Origin: Paraglaciecola sp. 2405UD69-4
GTDB lineage: Bacteria > Pseudomonadota > Gammaproteobacteria > Enterobacterales > Alteromonadaceae
DNA: 24,000 nucleotides
Assembly: GCF_047525415.1 (NCBI RefSeq)
Contig: NZ_JBLIXM010000001.1
Location: forward strand, 1,395,979-1,419,978
Direction of reading: 5' to 3'
Each line of letters opens with the position of its first letter. The first letter of the stretch is position 1. Position numbers and translations under genes: made by a program. Under the pieces are notes generated by a model. It was not told the origin of the DNA and searched no databases. It saw only the letters and a program-made list of their open reading frames with translations. This document shows positions 1 to 9,077 of this stretch, piece after piece.

Positions 1-668
1 TTACAGGAATTATTGAAGATGTGGGAGTTATCGAAAGCCTAACCCCAAGCGGTGAAGACATTCGTTTGTCGATAAAAGTACAAAAGCTCGATATGAGTGA
101 CGTTAAGCTTGGCGACAGTATAGCCAACAACGGTGTGTGCTTAACTGTGGTTGCGTTATCAAAACATGGCTTTAGTGCTGATGTATCTCACGAAACCATA
201 AAGCGTACAGGTTTTGCATCCTATCAGGCTGGCAGCAAAGTCAACTTAGAAAAAGCCATGCAGGCCAATGGTCGTTTAGGTGGCCACATTGTCAGTGGTC
301 ATGTAGATGGCTTAGGTGAAGTATTGTCAATTTCTAAGGTTGGCCGATACGTAGAAATATGGGTGCAAGCACCTGATGAACTAGCTAAATATTTAGCTGA
401 AAAAGGCTCGATAACTGTTGATGGCGTAAGTTTAACTGTCAATCAAGTAGATGGTGCTAAATTTTTACTGACCCTTATTCCCCATAGCCTACAAGAAACC
501 ATAATAGGTTTGTATCAAGTTGGTACCAAGGTAAATTTAGAAGTAGACGTCATTGCTCGGTATTTAGAGCGCCTTATGCTAGGGGACAAGGCTGCGCAGT
601 CGAGTTCGGACACGAGTAAAAAAGATATAAGCATGGCGTTTTTAGCAGAAAACGGCTACTTGAAGTAA
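1..668 (+). CDS. ribE: Riboflavin synthase (alpha chain); 5' end cut by the window edge, about 2 codons missing
   Basis: From base 3 the frame reads TGIIEDVGVIESL, matching the conserved MFTGII N-terminus of riboflavin synthases. Two lumazine-binding repeats are present (NGVCLTV and VDGVSLTV). The gene is followed by ribB-like, ribH and nusB genes, as in gammaproteobacterial rib clusters. Confidence 0.93.
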   Translation, partial: TGIIEDVGVIESLTPSGEDIRLSIKVQKLDMSDVKLGDSIANNGVCLTVVALSKHGFSADVSHETIKRTGFASYQAGSKVNLEKAMQANGRLGGHIVSGHVDGLGEVLSISKVGRYVEIWVQAPDELAKYLAEKGSITVDGVSLTVNQVDGAKFLLTLIPHSLQETIIGLYQVGTKVNLEVDVIARYLERLMLGDKAAQSSSDTSKKDISMAFLAENGYLK

Positions 669-718
669 TTTAAGTGTATGGGCCTTGGCTCTGCACCATG
701 AAAGAAGATAGTAAACAT

Positions 719-1819
719 ATGTCATTTAACAGCAGTGAAGAGATTATTGAAGATATTCGTCAAGGTAAAATGGTTATCTTGATGGATGATGAAGACAGAG
801 AGAACGAAGGCGACCTAATTATGGCGGCGCAGCACGTTACTCCTGAAGCCATTAATTTTATGGTTACCCACGCTAGAGGTTTAGTGTGCCTGCCAATGAC
901 AGCTGAGCGCTGTAAAACCCTTAACTTACCTCTAATGGTAGATAATAACGAAGCGCAGTTTTCCACTAATTTCACAGTGTCGATAGAAGCGGCAAAAGGG
1001 GTGACTACTGGCATTTCGGCAGCAGACCGTGCCAGAACCATACTTGCAGCGGTTGCTAAAGATGCCGTTGCGCAAGATATAGTGCAACCAGGTCATATTT
1101 TTCCTCTTATCAGTAAAGAAGGCGGAGTATTGAATCGAGCTGGACATACTGAAGCTGGTGTTGATTTAGCACGTTTAGCAGGGTGTGAGCCAGCGTCTGT
1201 GATTGTAGAAATATTAAACGAAGATGGCTCCATGGCAAGACGTCCAGAGCTAGAAGTTTTCGCTAAAAAGCACGATTTGAAAATTGGTACCATTGCCGAC
1301 CTAATTGAGTACCGCAATTTAAACGAAACCACAATTGAACAAGTGGCTAAGTGTAAGTTGCCTACAGAATTCGGTGAGTTTGATTTAGTGACCTACAAAG
1401 ATGTAATTGATAACCAAGTTCACTTTGCCATGTGCAAAGGGGACATTAATGGTGATACGCCAACTCTGGTCCGAGTGCATCTGCTAAATAGCCTAAGCGA
1501 TTTATTAGGATCTGAGCGGGCGATAAATCGTAGTATGGGCTTGCCCGAAGCCATTAAAACCATTGCCGAAAACGGCGGAGTGTTAGTGCTACTGGGTAAA
1601 GATGAAGATTTGTTAACCCAAGTAAAACAATTTCAAGCTGAAGATAATGGTGAAGTGCCAGAAACTGCGCCTTGGACAGGCTCATCTAGAACTGTTGGTG
1701 TGGGCAGTCAAATTTTAGCCAGCTTAGGTGTTAAAAAAATGCGTTTGCTGAGTAAGCCTAAAAAGTATCATGCCTTGTCTGGCTATGGTCTTGAGGTGGT
1801 GGAGTACGTTTCTGTTTAA
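719..1819 (+). CDS. ribB: 3,4-dihydroxy-2-butanone-4-phosphate synthase fused to a degenerate GTP cyclohydrolase II-like domain (RibBX-type RibBA)
   Basis: The N-terminal half carries DHBP synthase motifs ([32 protein letters not shown]). The C-terminal half aligns to RibA ([16 protein letters not shown]) but lacks the Zn-binding cysteines. I prefer the ATG at 719 ([17 protein letters not shown]) over the GTG at 674 or the ATG at 698, because homologues begin close to this point. The start is uncertain by up to 15 codons. Confidence 0.9.
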   Translation: MSFNSSEEIIEDIRQGKMVILMDDEDRENEGDLIMAAQHVTPEAINFMVTHARGLVCLPMTAERCKTLNLPLMVDNNEAQFSTNFTVSIEAAKGVTTGISAADRARTILAAVAKDAVAQDIVQPGHIFPLISKEGGVLNRAGHTEAGVDLARLAGCEPASVIVEILNEDGSMARRPELEVFAKKHDLKIGTIADLIEYRNLNETTIEQVAKCKLPTEFGEFDLVTYKDVIDNQVHFAMCKGDINGDTPTLVRVHLLNSLSDLLGSERAINRSMGLPEAIKTIAENGGVLVLLGKDEDLLTQVKQFQAEDNGEVPETAPWTGSSRTVGVGSQILASLGVKKMRLLSKPKKYHALSGYGLEVVEYVSV

Positions 1820-1905
1820 GAAACAAAAATCGTACAAAATTTATCAATATTTCCCATGTTAGGTGTGCTAAACTGCGCGCCGATTTTTCTAGTAAGGTTT
1901 TTTAG

Positions 1906-2382
1906 ATGAACATTATTGAAGGTAACATGCGTGCGACAGGCAAAAAATTTGCTCTGGTTGTTTCGCGTTTTAACAGCTTTGTCGTTGAAAGTTTAGTTGA
2001 TGGTGCGCTTGATGCCCTTGAAAGACAAGGTGAAGTTAACGATCAAGACATTACGCTAGTGCGTGTGCCTGGCGCATATGAGCTGCCGATTGCAGCTAAA
2101 AAACTTGCTGAACAAAATAAGTACGATGCAATTATCGCCCTTGGTGCCGTTATTCGTGGTGGTACACCACACTTTGAATTTGTTGCAGGTGAATGTAATA
2201 AAGGACTTGCACAGGTTTCTTTAGAATATGGCGTTCCGGTTTCTTTTGGTGTGATTACCACTGACAGTATTGAGCAAGCTATTGAGCGTTCTGGTACTAA
2301 GGCAGGTAATAAAGGTGCAGAAGCCGCTGTTGGTGCCCTTGAAATGGTTAATGTATTGGCCAATATTGAAGAGGCAAAATAG
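1906..2382 (+). CDS. ribH: 6,7-dimethyl-8-ribityllumazine synthase
   Basis: 158 aa. It has [17 protein letters not shown] and GGTPHFEFV motifs typical of RibH, and sits between ribB and nusB. Confidence 0.96.
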   Translation: MNIIEGNMRATGKKFALVVSRFNSFVVESLVDGALDALERQGEVNDQDITLVRVPGAYELPIAAKKLAEQNKYDAIIALGAVIRGGTPHFEFVAGECNKGLAQVSLEYGVPVSFGVITTDSIEQAIERSGTKAGNKGAEAAVGALEMVNVLANIEEAK

Positions 2383-2805
2383 GTGAAACCTCAAGCACGT
2401 CGTCTTTCCCGTGAATTAGCGTTACAAGCTATTTATTCGTGGCAAATGACCAAGAACCCAGTAGAACAAATTGAGCTGAGCACAGTCACTAGCAATAACA
2501 TGCAAAAAGTAGATACTGAGTACTTTTTAGAGTTATTGCGCAATGTAGTTAAAGATTGTGCTGAGCTAGATAAAAAAATGAAGCCTTATTTAGGTCGATT
2601 ACCTGAAGAGCTAGACCCAGTAGAGTTTGCCATTTTGCGAATCGCAACCTACGAACTAGTTGCGCGAATTGATGTACCTTACAAGGTGGTAATCAATGAA
2701 GCGATTGAGCTTGCAAAATCATTTGGTGCAGAAGATAGCCATAAATTTATTAATGGTGTGCTTGATAAAGCCATCAAGACTCTGCGTAAAGACGAGCGCT
2801 CTTAG
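2383..2805 (+). CDS. nusB: Transcription antitermination factor NusB
   Basis: The GTG start directly abuts the ribH stop. The sequence MKPQARRLSRELALQAIYSWQ ... VPYKVVINEAIELAKSFGAEDSHKFINGVLDKA is near-collinear with E. coli NusB. Confidence 0.96.
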   Translation: MKPQARRLSRELALQAIYSWQMTKNPVEQIELSTVTSNNMQKVDTEYFLELLRNVVKDCAELDKKMKPYLGRLPEELDPVEFAILRIATYELVARIDVPYKVVINEAIELAKSFGAEDSHKFINGVLDKAIKTLRKDERS

Positions 2806-2859
2806 TTAAATAACAGCGATACAAGACTTGTCACTAAATGCAGTTCAACTAGAAGTAGT

Positions 2860-3828
2860 GTGATTGTGAAAGAATTTAAAGTTATTGAAGATTTTTTTAA
2901 GCAGCAAAGTGTACAACGTAAAGACGTAGTGATTGGTATTGGGGATGATGGAGCGGTTACTCACATTCCAGAAGGCCAAGCACTTGTGACAACCACAGAC
3001 ACCTTGTTAAGTGGTGTGCACTTTTTACCTTCTACTAACCCTCATGCTATTGCTCAAAAGGCGATTGCCGTTAATCTAAGTGATCTAGCTGCCATGGGGG
3101 CTGAGCCTGCTTGGATCAGCTTGTCCCTTAGCTTGCCAGAAGTTGACCAAGTTTGGTTAGAAGAGTTCTCTAGAGGTATAAGAGAGCATGCTGACTACTA
3201 TTCTGTGCAACTAATTGGCGGTGATACCGTACATGGCCCTCTAGCTGTCACTATTACTGCACAAGGTTTTGTTCCCTTTGATCAAGCTTTAACCCGCAGC
3301 CAAGCCAAGCCCGGTGATTTCATCTATGCCACAGGTACCTTAGGTGATGCAGGGGTTGGGCTACAATTGGCGCAGCTTAAGCGTAAAATCGATAATCCAG
3401 AGCATCACAACTTTTTGGTTAATCGATTGGATTACCCCACACCAAGACTATTGGTAGGCACAAGTTTAAGGCGAATTGCTAACAGTTGTATCGATTTGTC
3501 TGATGGCTTGGTGTCTGATATTCAGCATATCCTTAGAGCTTCTCAATGTGGCGCCGTTATCCATGTTGATAAATTACCCTTGTCACAGGCAATGATAGAA
3601 TCAGTTACGGCAGATGAAGCCATAGGTTTTGCATTAAGTGCTGGTGATGATTACGAGCTGCTATTTACGGTAAGTGAAGAGCAAAAGGGACTACTTGAGA
3701 CCAACCTAGCCAGTGCTAACATTAAAGCTACGTGCATAGGACAGTTAACTGGTGTCGCAGAGAAACTAGAACTACGTCAAAATGATCAAGCTTATGAGTT
3801 CACCCACTTAGGCTACGAACACTTTTAA
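2860..3828 (+). CDS. thiL: Thiamine-monophosphate kinase
   Basis: Collinear with E. coli ThiL (GIGDDGA, AVNLSDLAAMGAEPAW, QLIGGDT, AKPGD, IDLSDGLVSD, GDDYELLFTV, ending GYEHF). The start is GTG 2860 or GTG 2866. Confidence 0.94.
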   Translation: MIVKEFKVIEDFFKQQSVQRKDVVIGIGDDGAVTHIPEGQALVTTTDTLLSGVHFLPSTNPHAIAQKAIAVNLSDLAAMGAEPAWISLSLSLPEVDQVWLEEFSRGIREHADYYSVQLIGGDTVHGPLAVTITAQGFVPFDQALTRSQAKPGDFIYATGTLGDAGVGLQLAQLKRKIDNPEHHNFLVNRLDYPTPRLLVGTSLRRIANSCIDLSDGLVSDIQHILRASQCGAVIHVDKLPLSQAMIESVTADEAIGFALSAGDDYELLFTVSEEQKGLLETNLASANIKATCIGQLTGVAEKLELRQNDQAYEFTHLGYEHF

Positions 3829-3858
3829 GCCCAACCGCCTGATAAGGAACGCTTAGCT

Positions 3859-4350
3859 TTGGACAAACAAATTCGCCAGCGCGTTAGCATGCTAAATCCA
3901 GTGCACTTTTTGGCCTTGGGGTTTGGTAGTGGCTTAGCCCCCAAAGCACCAGGTACCTTTGGTACCTTAGCGGCCTTACCTCTGGTTATTGTGCTGACCC
4001 TATACACCTCACTACCTGTTTATATTGCTGTTAGTCTAGTTGCTAGCCTAGCGGGTATATGGATTTGCGGTATTACAGCTAATGATATGCAGGTTCATGA
4101 TGACTCTTCCATAGTATGGGATGAGGTGGCAGGTATGCTCATTACTATGATAGCTGTCCCCCTGAGTTGGCAAACCCTATTACTGGGTTTTGTGTTGTTT
4201 AGAATATTCGACATACTCAAACCTTGGCCTATTAGCTACTTAGATAAACACGTCCATGGTGGTTTTGGCATTATGGTAGACGATATATTGGCTGGGGTAT
4301 TCGCTTTAGCTTGTATGCAGTTTGTGCTGTATTTAGGGTGGTTAGGTTAA
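3859..4350 (+). CDS. pgpA: Phosphatidylglycerophosphatase A
   Basis: LNPVHFLALGFGSGLAPKAPGTFGTLAALP, VHDDSSIVWDEVAGM, FRIFDILKPWPI and HGGFGIMVDDILAGV match E. coli PgpA throughout. The start is ambiguous: TTG 3859 or ATG 3889. Confidence 0.92.
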   Translation: MDKQIRQRVSMLNPVHFLALGFGSGLAPKAPGTFGTLAALPLVIVLTLYTSLPVYIAVSLVASLAGIWICGITANDMQVHDDSSIVWDEVAGMLITMIAVPLSWQTLLLGFVLFRIFDILKPWPISYLDKHVHGGFGIMVDDILAGVFALACMQFVLYLGWLG

Positions 4351-4635
4351 CACTTAGGCTTAAGTATGTACTTAGCTCACTAAGATTATTCACAGCCTTC
4401 AATACAATCTCGGTAACTGCGTTAGTTTATCTTTCGACATTCATGTCGGTCGCATCAGGGCTTATAACTTCCTTCATTTATGTACTTCGCACATTGGTAT
4501 TCATAAGTTTTTAAAGTGAAAGTGTGATGTGCAGCTAGTCACTACTTATCGCAAAAGTTTACTGATGGTCGTTGTTTTATTGACAATAGCGGTACTCTTT
4601 TGATTAGCTGTAGTGAAAAATAACTGGAACCCTCA

Positions 4636-5640
4636 ATGAAACATTACCTTCTTTTTGCACTTACCATATTTACTATTAATTCTTATGCCAAAACAGATCC
4701 TCCCATAGCTTTAGCAATACATGGCGGCGCAGGGACGATTACCAAAGCTAACCTCTCTGATGAGAGAGAGGCACAGTACAGGGCTAAGCTTGCCGAGTCG
4801 GTAAAGGCGGGGTATGCCGTTCTAGTCAAAGGTGGTACAAGCGAAGATGCGGTGATTAAAGCTATACAAGTGATGGAAGCATCTCCGTTATTCAACGCAG
4901 GTATTGGCGCGGTATTTACATGGGATGGCGAGCATGAACTAGACGCATCTATTATGCGCGGCCAAGACAAACAAGCAGGCGCTGTAGCAGGTGTAAAAAG
5001 AACAAAAAGCCCAATTGCTGCAGCCCAGTTGGTAATGAACAAATCAGTACACGTTATGTTAAGTGGTGAAGGTGCTGACCAGTTTGCAGAGGCTAATGGC
5101 CTTGAGATGACCACTAACACTAGCTTTGATACCGAAAGGCGCCAAAAAGCCCTTGAAAAAGTGAAGCAAAACATTTTAAAAAATGATCACGCCATGAATA
5201 TTGACCCCGAAGTGGTGGATTACAAATTTGGAACTGTGGGAGCGGTTGCTTTAGATAAACACGGAAATCTAGCTGCAGCGACTTCTACCGGTGGTATGAC
5301 AGCAAAGCGCTGGGGCAGAATTGGAGACTCACCCATTATTGGCGCAGGGACATGGGCCGACAATGAAAGTTGTGCGGTTTCTGCCACTGGACACGGTGAG
5401 TACTTTATTCGTAATCATGTGGCAGCAGATATTTGTAGCCGAGTTAAATATGCAGGTAAAACCATTCAAGAAGCGGGTGATGATGTGATCCATGGGGTGT
5501 TATCACCAGAAGCAGGCTCTGGTGGGGTGATCATTATGGATAGCAAAGGCAAGATAGCCATGCCCTTTAATTCTGAGGGAATGTACCGCGCCAGTATTGA
5601 TACCAAGGGTAAAGTTACAGTGGCTATTTACGGTCAATAA
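4636..5640 (+). CDS. iaaA: Secreted isoaspartyl peptidase / L-asparaginase (Ntn-hydrolase, plant-type asparaginase family)
   Basis: There is an N-terminal signal peptide (MKHYLLFALTIFTINSYA). It has IHGGAG, NAGIGAV and the autoprocessing site GTVGAVALD, followed by TSTGG and GDSPIIGAG. The length and motif order fit the IaaA/asparaginase 2 family. Confidence 0.88.
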   Translation: MKHYLLFALTIFTINSYAKTDPPIALAIHGGAGTITKANLSDEREAQYRAKLAESVKAGYAVLVKGGTSEDAVIKAIQVMEASPLFNAGIGAVFTWDGEHELDASIMRGQDKQAGAVAGVKRTKSPIAAAQLVMNKSVHVMLSGEGADQFAEANGLEMTTNTSFDTERRQKALEKVKQNILKNDHAMNIDPEVVDYKFGTVGAVALDKHGNLAAATSTGGMTAKRWGRIGDSPIIGAGTWADNESCAVSATGHGEYFIRNHVAADICSRVKYAGKTIQEAGDDVIHGVLSPEAGSGGVIIMDSKGKIAMPFNSEGMYRASIDTKGKVTVAIYGQ

Positions 5641-5831
5641 ATCAAATTAAAGGAGTAGATTGCGAAGCATCTATGTTTTGTGATCTATTCAATCCCACCA
5701 AAGCTCATAATCCTCAAGATGAGCTAGATATTAGCCTTAAATTATTCCTTAAAGACGGTTTTAGGTCCTAATCATTTGAGTGTATATTCATTGTGCGGTT
5801 TTCTTTAAAACATCAAATAAGGGTTATATTT

Positions 5832-6242
5832 ATGGTTCATATTATCAGGCTTACACTTATCCCATTTCTAGTGCTTTTGGGTTTCATGCAAGGGGCAACT
5901 GCACAAGAAGACACCAGCATTGATAGCGATAAAATCTTGGTGTCAGTAGTGCTTAAACATCAACAAGATAAAAGCTTAACTGAGCTTCAGCAAAAGATGG
6001 ATGAAAACCGTTTTTGGCAATCCTTCCCGCCCAAAGGGGTAGAAATAGATTCATGGTATGTGATGATGGGGCTAGGGCAGGTTATTACTGTAAAGATACA
6101 CCCTAAAGACCTACGTACTTTGAACTTAGCCATTGAAAAATCTGCTTGGGGGATTTTTGAAACGGATATCTATCCCACTTACGAATTCCGTGCTATCGCT
6201 CAATCGATTAAAGATAAAAAAGTCGCAGAAGAGAGCAATTAA
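5832..6242 (+). CDS. Hypothetical small secreted protein
   Basis: An ATG at 5832 is preceded by AAGGG about 9 nt upstream and gives a clean signal peptide (MVHIIRLTLIPFLVLLGFMQGATAQ). I recognise no family. The GTG at 5793 in the ORF track is less likely to be the start. Confidence 0.6.
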   Translation: MVHIIRLTLIPFLVLLGFMQGATAQEDTSIDSDKILVSVVLKHQQDKSLTELQQKMDENRFWQSFPPKGVEIDSWYVMMGLGQVITVKIHPKDLRTLNLAIEKSAWGIFETDIYPTYEFRAIAQSIKDKKVAEESN

Positions 6243-6284
6243 CAGTTATAAAGCGTTTGAAAAGTGTCCGCCTTGGCTACGGGT

Positions 6285-6749
6285 TTATAATATAGGCAAG
6301 GCTCTTGTGTTCACAGGAGACTTCAACACAAAAGACGACTGCACGCCGCTTACGCCATCTATTGGGGTAAGCTTGTTTAATAAAAAGTGCTGAAATCCAT
6401 CCATGTCTTTTATAATGACTTTAAGTAGATAATCAGCGGTTTGCCCTGTCACTAAATGGCACTCTAATACCTCATTACATTTGGCAATTTCTGCCTCAAA
6501 ATGATTAAAGCGCTCTGGCGTGTGTTTATCCATACTCACTTGCATGAATGACACTAAAGACAAGCCTAATTTTTTGGCATCAAGTAAGGCCACATAACCG
6601 TCTATAAATCCAGCTTCTTCTAACTGCTTGACTCGCCGCAAGCAGGGCGAAGGCGACAAGTTAATGGCTTCTGCTAACTCTTGATTAGAGATGCGGCCTT
6701 GCTGCTGAATTATTTCAAGGATTAAACGATCGTACTTGTCAAATTTCAT
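6285..6749 (-). CDS. Lrp/AsnC family transcriptional regulator
   Basis: MKFDKYDRLILEIIQQQGRISNQELAEAINLSPSPCLRRVKQLEEAGFIDGYVALLD is the canonical Lrp/AsnC HTH, followed by the RAM/ligand domain. I prefer ATG 6749 to the TTG at 6770. The gene is divergent from leuA. Confidence 0.9.
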   Translation of the reverse strand: MKFDKYDRLILEIIQQQGRISNQELAEAINLSPSPCLRRVKQLEEAGFIDGYVALLDAKKLGLSLVSFMQVSMDKHTPERFNHFEAEIAKCNEVLECHLVTGQTADYLLKVIIKDMDGFQHFLLNKLTPIDGVSGVQSSFVLKSPVNTRALPIL

Positions 6750-6770
6750 GTAAATCCGTAATGGTGGCAA

Positions 6771-6796
6771 TTTATTTTATAAATATTTATTTTATA
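6771..6796. promoter_or_regulatory. Direct repeat TTTATTTTATA x2 (starts at 6771 and 6786, 15-bp register) in the lrp-leuA divergent intergenic region; candidate Lrp-family operator
   Basis: An exact 11-bp repeat read directly from the sequence. It is AT-rich, as Lrp-type sites are. The function is inferred only. Confidence 0.3.
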
Positions 6797-6904
6797 GCAA
6801 TAAAGTTGCTTGGGTAGTGTTTTTTGGGTGTTTTTCGCAATCTTATTCGATAGTAAGTTAGCTATTATAGTGACAGACTCATTCATAGATATTCGGACTT
6901 AAAA

Positions 6905-8587
6905 ATGATTAACCATCCAAACACAAAATATCAGCCTTTTTATGGCATTGATTTAAAAAATCGACAATGGCCAAGTAAGCGAATTGAAAAAGCGCCAATA
7001 TGGATGAGTACCGACCTACGTGATGGTAATCAAGCCTTGATTGATCCTATGTCTATAGAAACCAAGTTACGGTTTTTTAAAGCCTTAGTAGCCACAGGCT
7101 TTAAAGAAATTGAAGTAGGCTTTCCTTCTGCCTCAGAGACTGATTTTAATTTTGTTCGCTTATTGATAGAAGGTAACCATATACCGGATGATGTAACCAT
7201 AGAAGTCTTGGTACAGGCCCGTTATGACTTAATTGAAAAAACAGTTGAGAGCTTGAGAGGCGCCAAGCAAGCCATTTTACATATGTACAACCCTTTGGCT
7301 CCGGCATTTCGCGAAATTGTCTACAAAACCGATAAAGCAGGGGTTAAGAATATTGCGACTCAAGGTACTCAATGGGTGAAAGAGTTAACAGCGACTGCCC
7401 CTGAGGTTAATTGGACATATCAATATTCTCCTGAGGTATTTTCAAGTACAGAGTTACGCTTTGCCAAAGAAGTATGCGATGCCGTTGTTAAAATTTGGGA
7501 TCCAAGTGCAGATAACAAAATGATTATCAATTTGCCTGCCACCATAGAGATGAATACTCCCAATACCTACGCAGATCAAATTGAGTGGATGCATACCCAT
7601 CTAAAACAGCGCCAACATATTATTTTAAGTGTGCACCCCCATAACGACAGAGGCACAGCTGTCGCTGCTGCAGAGCTTGCTTTAATGGCCGGCGCTGACC
7701 GTGTTGAAGGCTGTTTGTTTGGCAATGGAGAGCGTACTGGTAATGTCGACTTAGTGACACTAGCCTTGAATATGTACACCCAAGGTATTCACCCTAACTT
7801 GGATTTTTCTAATATTGATCAAACCCGTAAGTTGGTTGAAGAGTGTAATCAGTTACCTGTGCATCCTAGGCACCCTTACGTAGGCGAATTAGTATTTACG
7901 GCGTTTTCTGGCTCCCATCAAGATGCCATTAAAAAAGGCCTAGCGGTACAGAAAAAAGATGAATTGTGGAAAGTCCCTTACTTACCTATTGATCCCGCTG
8001 ATTTAGGCCGTAACTACGATGAAGTGGTTAGGGTAAATAGTCAATCAGGCAAAGGCGGCGTCAGCTTTTTATTGGAAAGGGCGGCAGGGCTTCAACTACC
8101 TCGTAAGTTACAAATAGAGTTCTCACGTATTGTGCAACAAATGAATGACAAAACAGGTAAAGAGTCAGACTCTGAGGCAATTGTAGACTTGTTTACGCAA
8201 GAATACTTGCAACAAAGTGCACCGCTAGAGTTGGTGAACTCTACTATGTCTAGTGCAGCCGATGGACAGCAAAGAATCGACATTGAAGTCAAGTATAAGG
8301 GAGTTAAACAGCATATTCATGGCACAGGTAATGGCCCAATAGATGCGGCGGTAGAAGCCATTCGAAGCTTAACTTACCAACCATTAGAAGTGGTAGATTA
8401 TCACGAACACTCTATAGGCAGTGGCTCAGGTGTAGCAGCAGTTTGTTATATCGAGATGAAGGTCGCAGGGCAAGCAGCAAGCTTTGGCGTGGCCCAAGAC
8501 AGCAACATAATGCATAGTGCGGTTAAAGCACTAATTAGTGGCGTAAACCGTAAATGGGTAGAGCCAGTCATTAAGTTGCAAGCCTAG
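6905..8587 (+). CDS. leuA: 2-isopropylmalate synthase, long form (LeuA type 2)
   Basis: 560 aa, collinear with Pseudomonas/actinobacterial-type LeuA: [78 protein letters not shown], and a C-terminal LeuA dimerisation/regulatory domain. Confidence 0.96.
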   Translation: MINHPNTKYQPFYGIDLKNRQWPSKRIEKAPIWMSTDLRDGNQALIDPMSIETKLRFFKALVATGFKEIEVGFPSASETDFNFVRLLIEGNHIPDDVTIEVLVQARYDLIEKTVESLRGAKQAILHMYNPLAPAFREIVYKTDKAGVKNIATQGTQWVKELTATAPEVNWTYQYSPEVFSSTELRFAKEVCDAVVKIWDPSADNKMIINLPATIEMNTPNTYADQIEWMHTHLKQRQHIILSVHPHNDRGTAVAAAELALMAGADRVEGCLFGNGERTGNVDLVTLALNMYTQGIHPNLDFSNIDQTRKLVEECNQLPVHPRHPYVGELVFTAFSGSHQDAIKKGLAVQKKDELWKVPYLPIDPADLGRNYDEVVRVNSQSGKGGVSFLLERAAGLQLPRKLQIEFSRIVQQMNDKTGKESDSEAIVDLFTQEYLQQSAPLELVNSTMSSAADGQQRIDIEVKYKGVKQHIHGTGNGPIDAAVEAIRSLTYQPLEVVDYHEHSIGSGSGVAAVCYIEMKVAGQAASFGVAQDSNIMHSAVKALISGVNRKWVEPVIKLQA

Positions 8588-8597
8588 CTAGTGGGAT

Positions 8598-8878
8598 TAC
8601 TTTTAGCGTAGCGATGCTTATTAAGTCTCGCTGCGCAAACTTACCCAATCTAAACATCTCGATAAGTGCTCCTGCTTTATTCTAGCTTCCTACATCCATG
8701 TTGGTCGCTTGTTGAGCTGTTCAGGCTGGCGGAGCTGCCGCTCCTATAGAGTCAGCCTTCATCCCGCTATAAAAGATTGCCTTGTCCGAGCGTCCTTGCT
8801 CGGCCACTAGACAGGCCAATCATTCTATGGGGAATTTGTAGTCGCGGAAAATCAAAAGCATCGTTACGCGACAGAAGT
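8598..8878. repeat. About 280-bp non-coding, hairpin-rich element bounded by inverted repeats (MITE-like or structured RNA; unclassified)
   Basis: GCGTAGCGATGCTT (8606-8619) matches the reverse complement of AAGCATCGTTACGC (8856-8869) at 13 of 14 positions. Each end also forms a local hairpin: 8606-8614/8628-8636 (9 bp with one G-U) and 8841-8846/8867-8872 (6 bp). Internal stems are 8786-8791/8798-8803 (CCGAGC/GCTCGG) and 8723-8728/8753-8758, which encloses 8729-8732/8738-8741. There is no ORF of 60 aa or more on either strand. Confidence 0.5.
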
Positions 8879-8903
8879 TTTTCGGTTGTTTAGTAATGAA
8901 TTA

Positions 8904-9077
8904 ACATGCTTATTCGGCTAATGCAGTTGTTTAATGGTAAAATCCACCTGTCTATTGAAAATACCACTACCAACTTGTGAACAAATGGAAAATGATGTTA
9001 CAACGTATATGCGCTATTATAACTTAGCTAGGTTTCGTACTGCTAATGGTGACCTGTAGCCTGTGAAGTATGATTAA
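8904..9077 (+). pseudogene. Decayed 3' end of an IS3-family-like (DDE/integrase-type) transposase gene
   Basis: The frame reads ...CEQMENDVTTYMRYYNLARFRTANGDL*PVKYD*. This resembles the conserved C-terminus of IS3-type OrfB proteins (..Y..YYN..R.H..LG..SP..YE). It has an in-frame TAG at 9057 and no upstream catalytic domain. Confidence 0.5.

Noticed and set aside
760-1332. Three minus-strand ORFs (760-1041, 932-1147, 1093-1332) inside ribB
   Set aside because: They are antisense to a strongly supported conserved gene, have low-complexity Ser/Ala/Arg-rich translations, and have no RBS. They are typical shadow ORFs. The same reasoning applies to 2043-2363, 3825-4007, 4683-5174, 7576-7779, 8092-8292, 9362-9556, 12494-12709, 13896-14078, 14106-14300, 14388-14573, 15749-15997, 17545-17772, 18061-18318, 19815-20003, 21393-21587, 21953-22237, 22128-22385, 22446-22634 and 23401-23607.
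1820-1905. Possible FMN (RFN) riboswitch near the rib genes; also a TPP riboswitch near thiL
   Set aside because: The ribB-ribH and nusB-thiL spacers are short (86 and 54 nt). They lack the conserved RFN core (for example the AGGATAGT...GGGCAGGGTG-type helices) and the THI-box CTGAGA motif. In gammaproteobacteria these riboswitches normally precede stand-alone ribB or thiC, not these genes.
4311-4514. 67-aa ORF overlapping the pgpA 3' end and running into the pgpA-iaaA spacer
   Set aside because: It has no RBS, overlaps pgpA out of frame, and its hydrophobic low-complexity translation has no recognisable motif. It is probably non-coding spacer.
6133-6393. 86-aa plus-strand ORF spanning the end of the secreted hypothetical gene and the 3' end of the Lrp gene
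   Set aside because: It overlaps two better-supported genes (one out of frame, one antisense) and has no start context.
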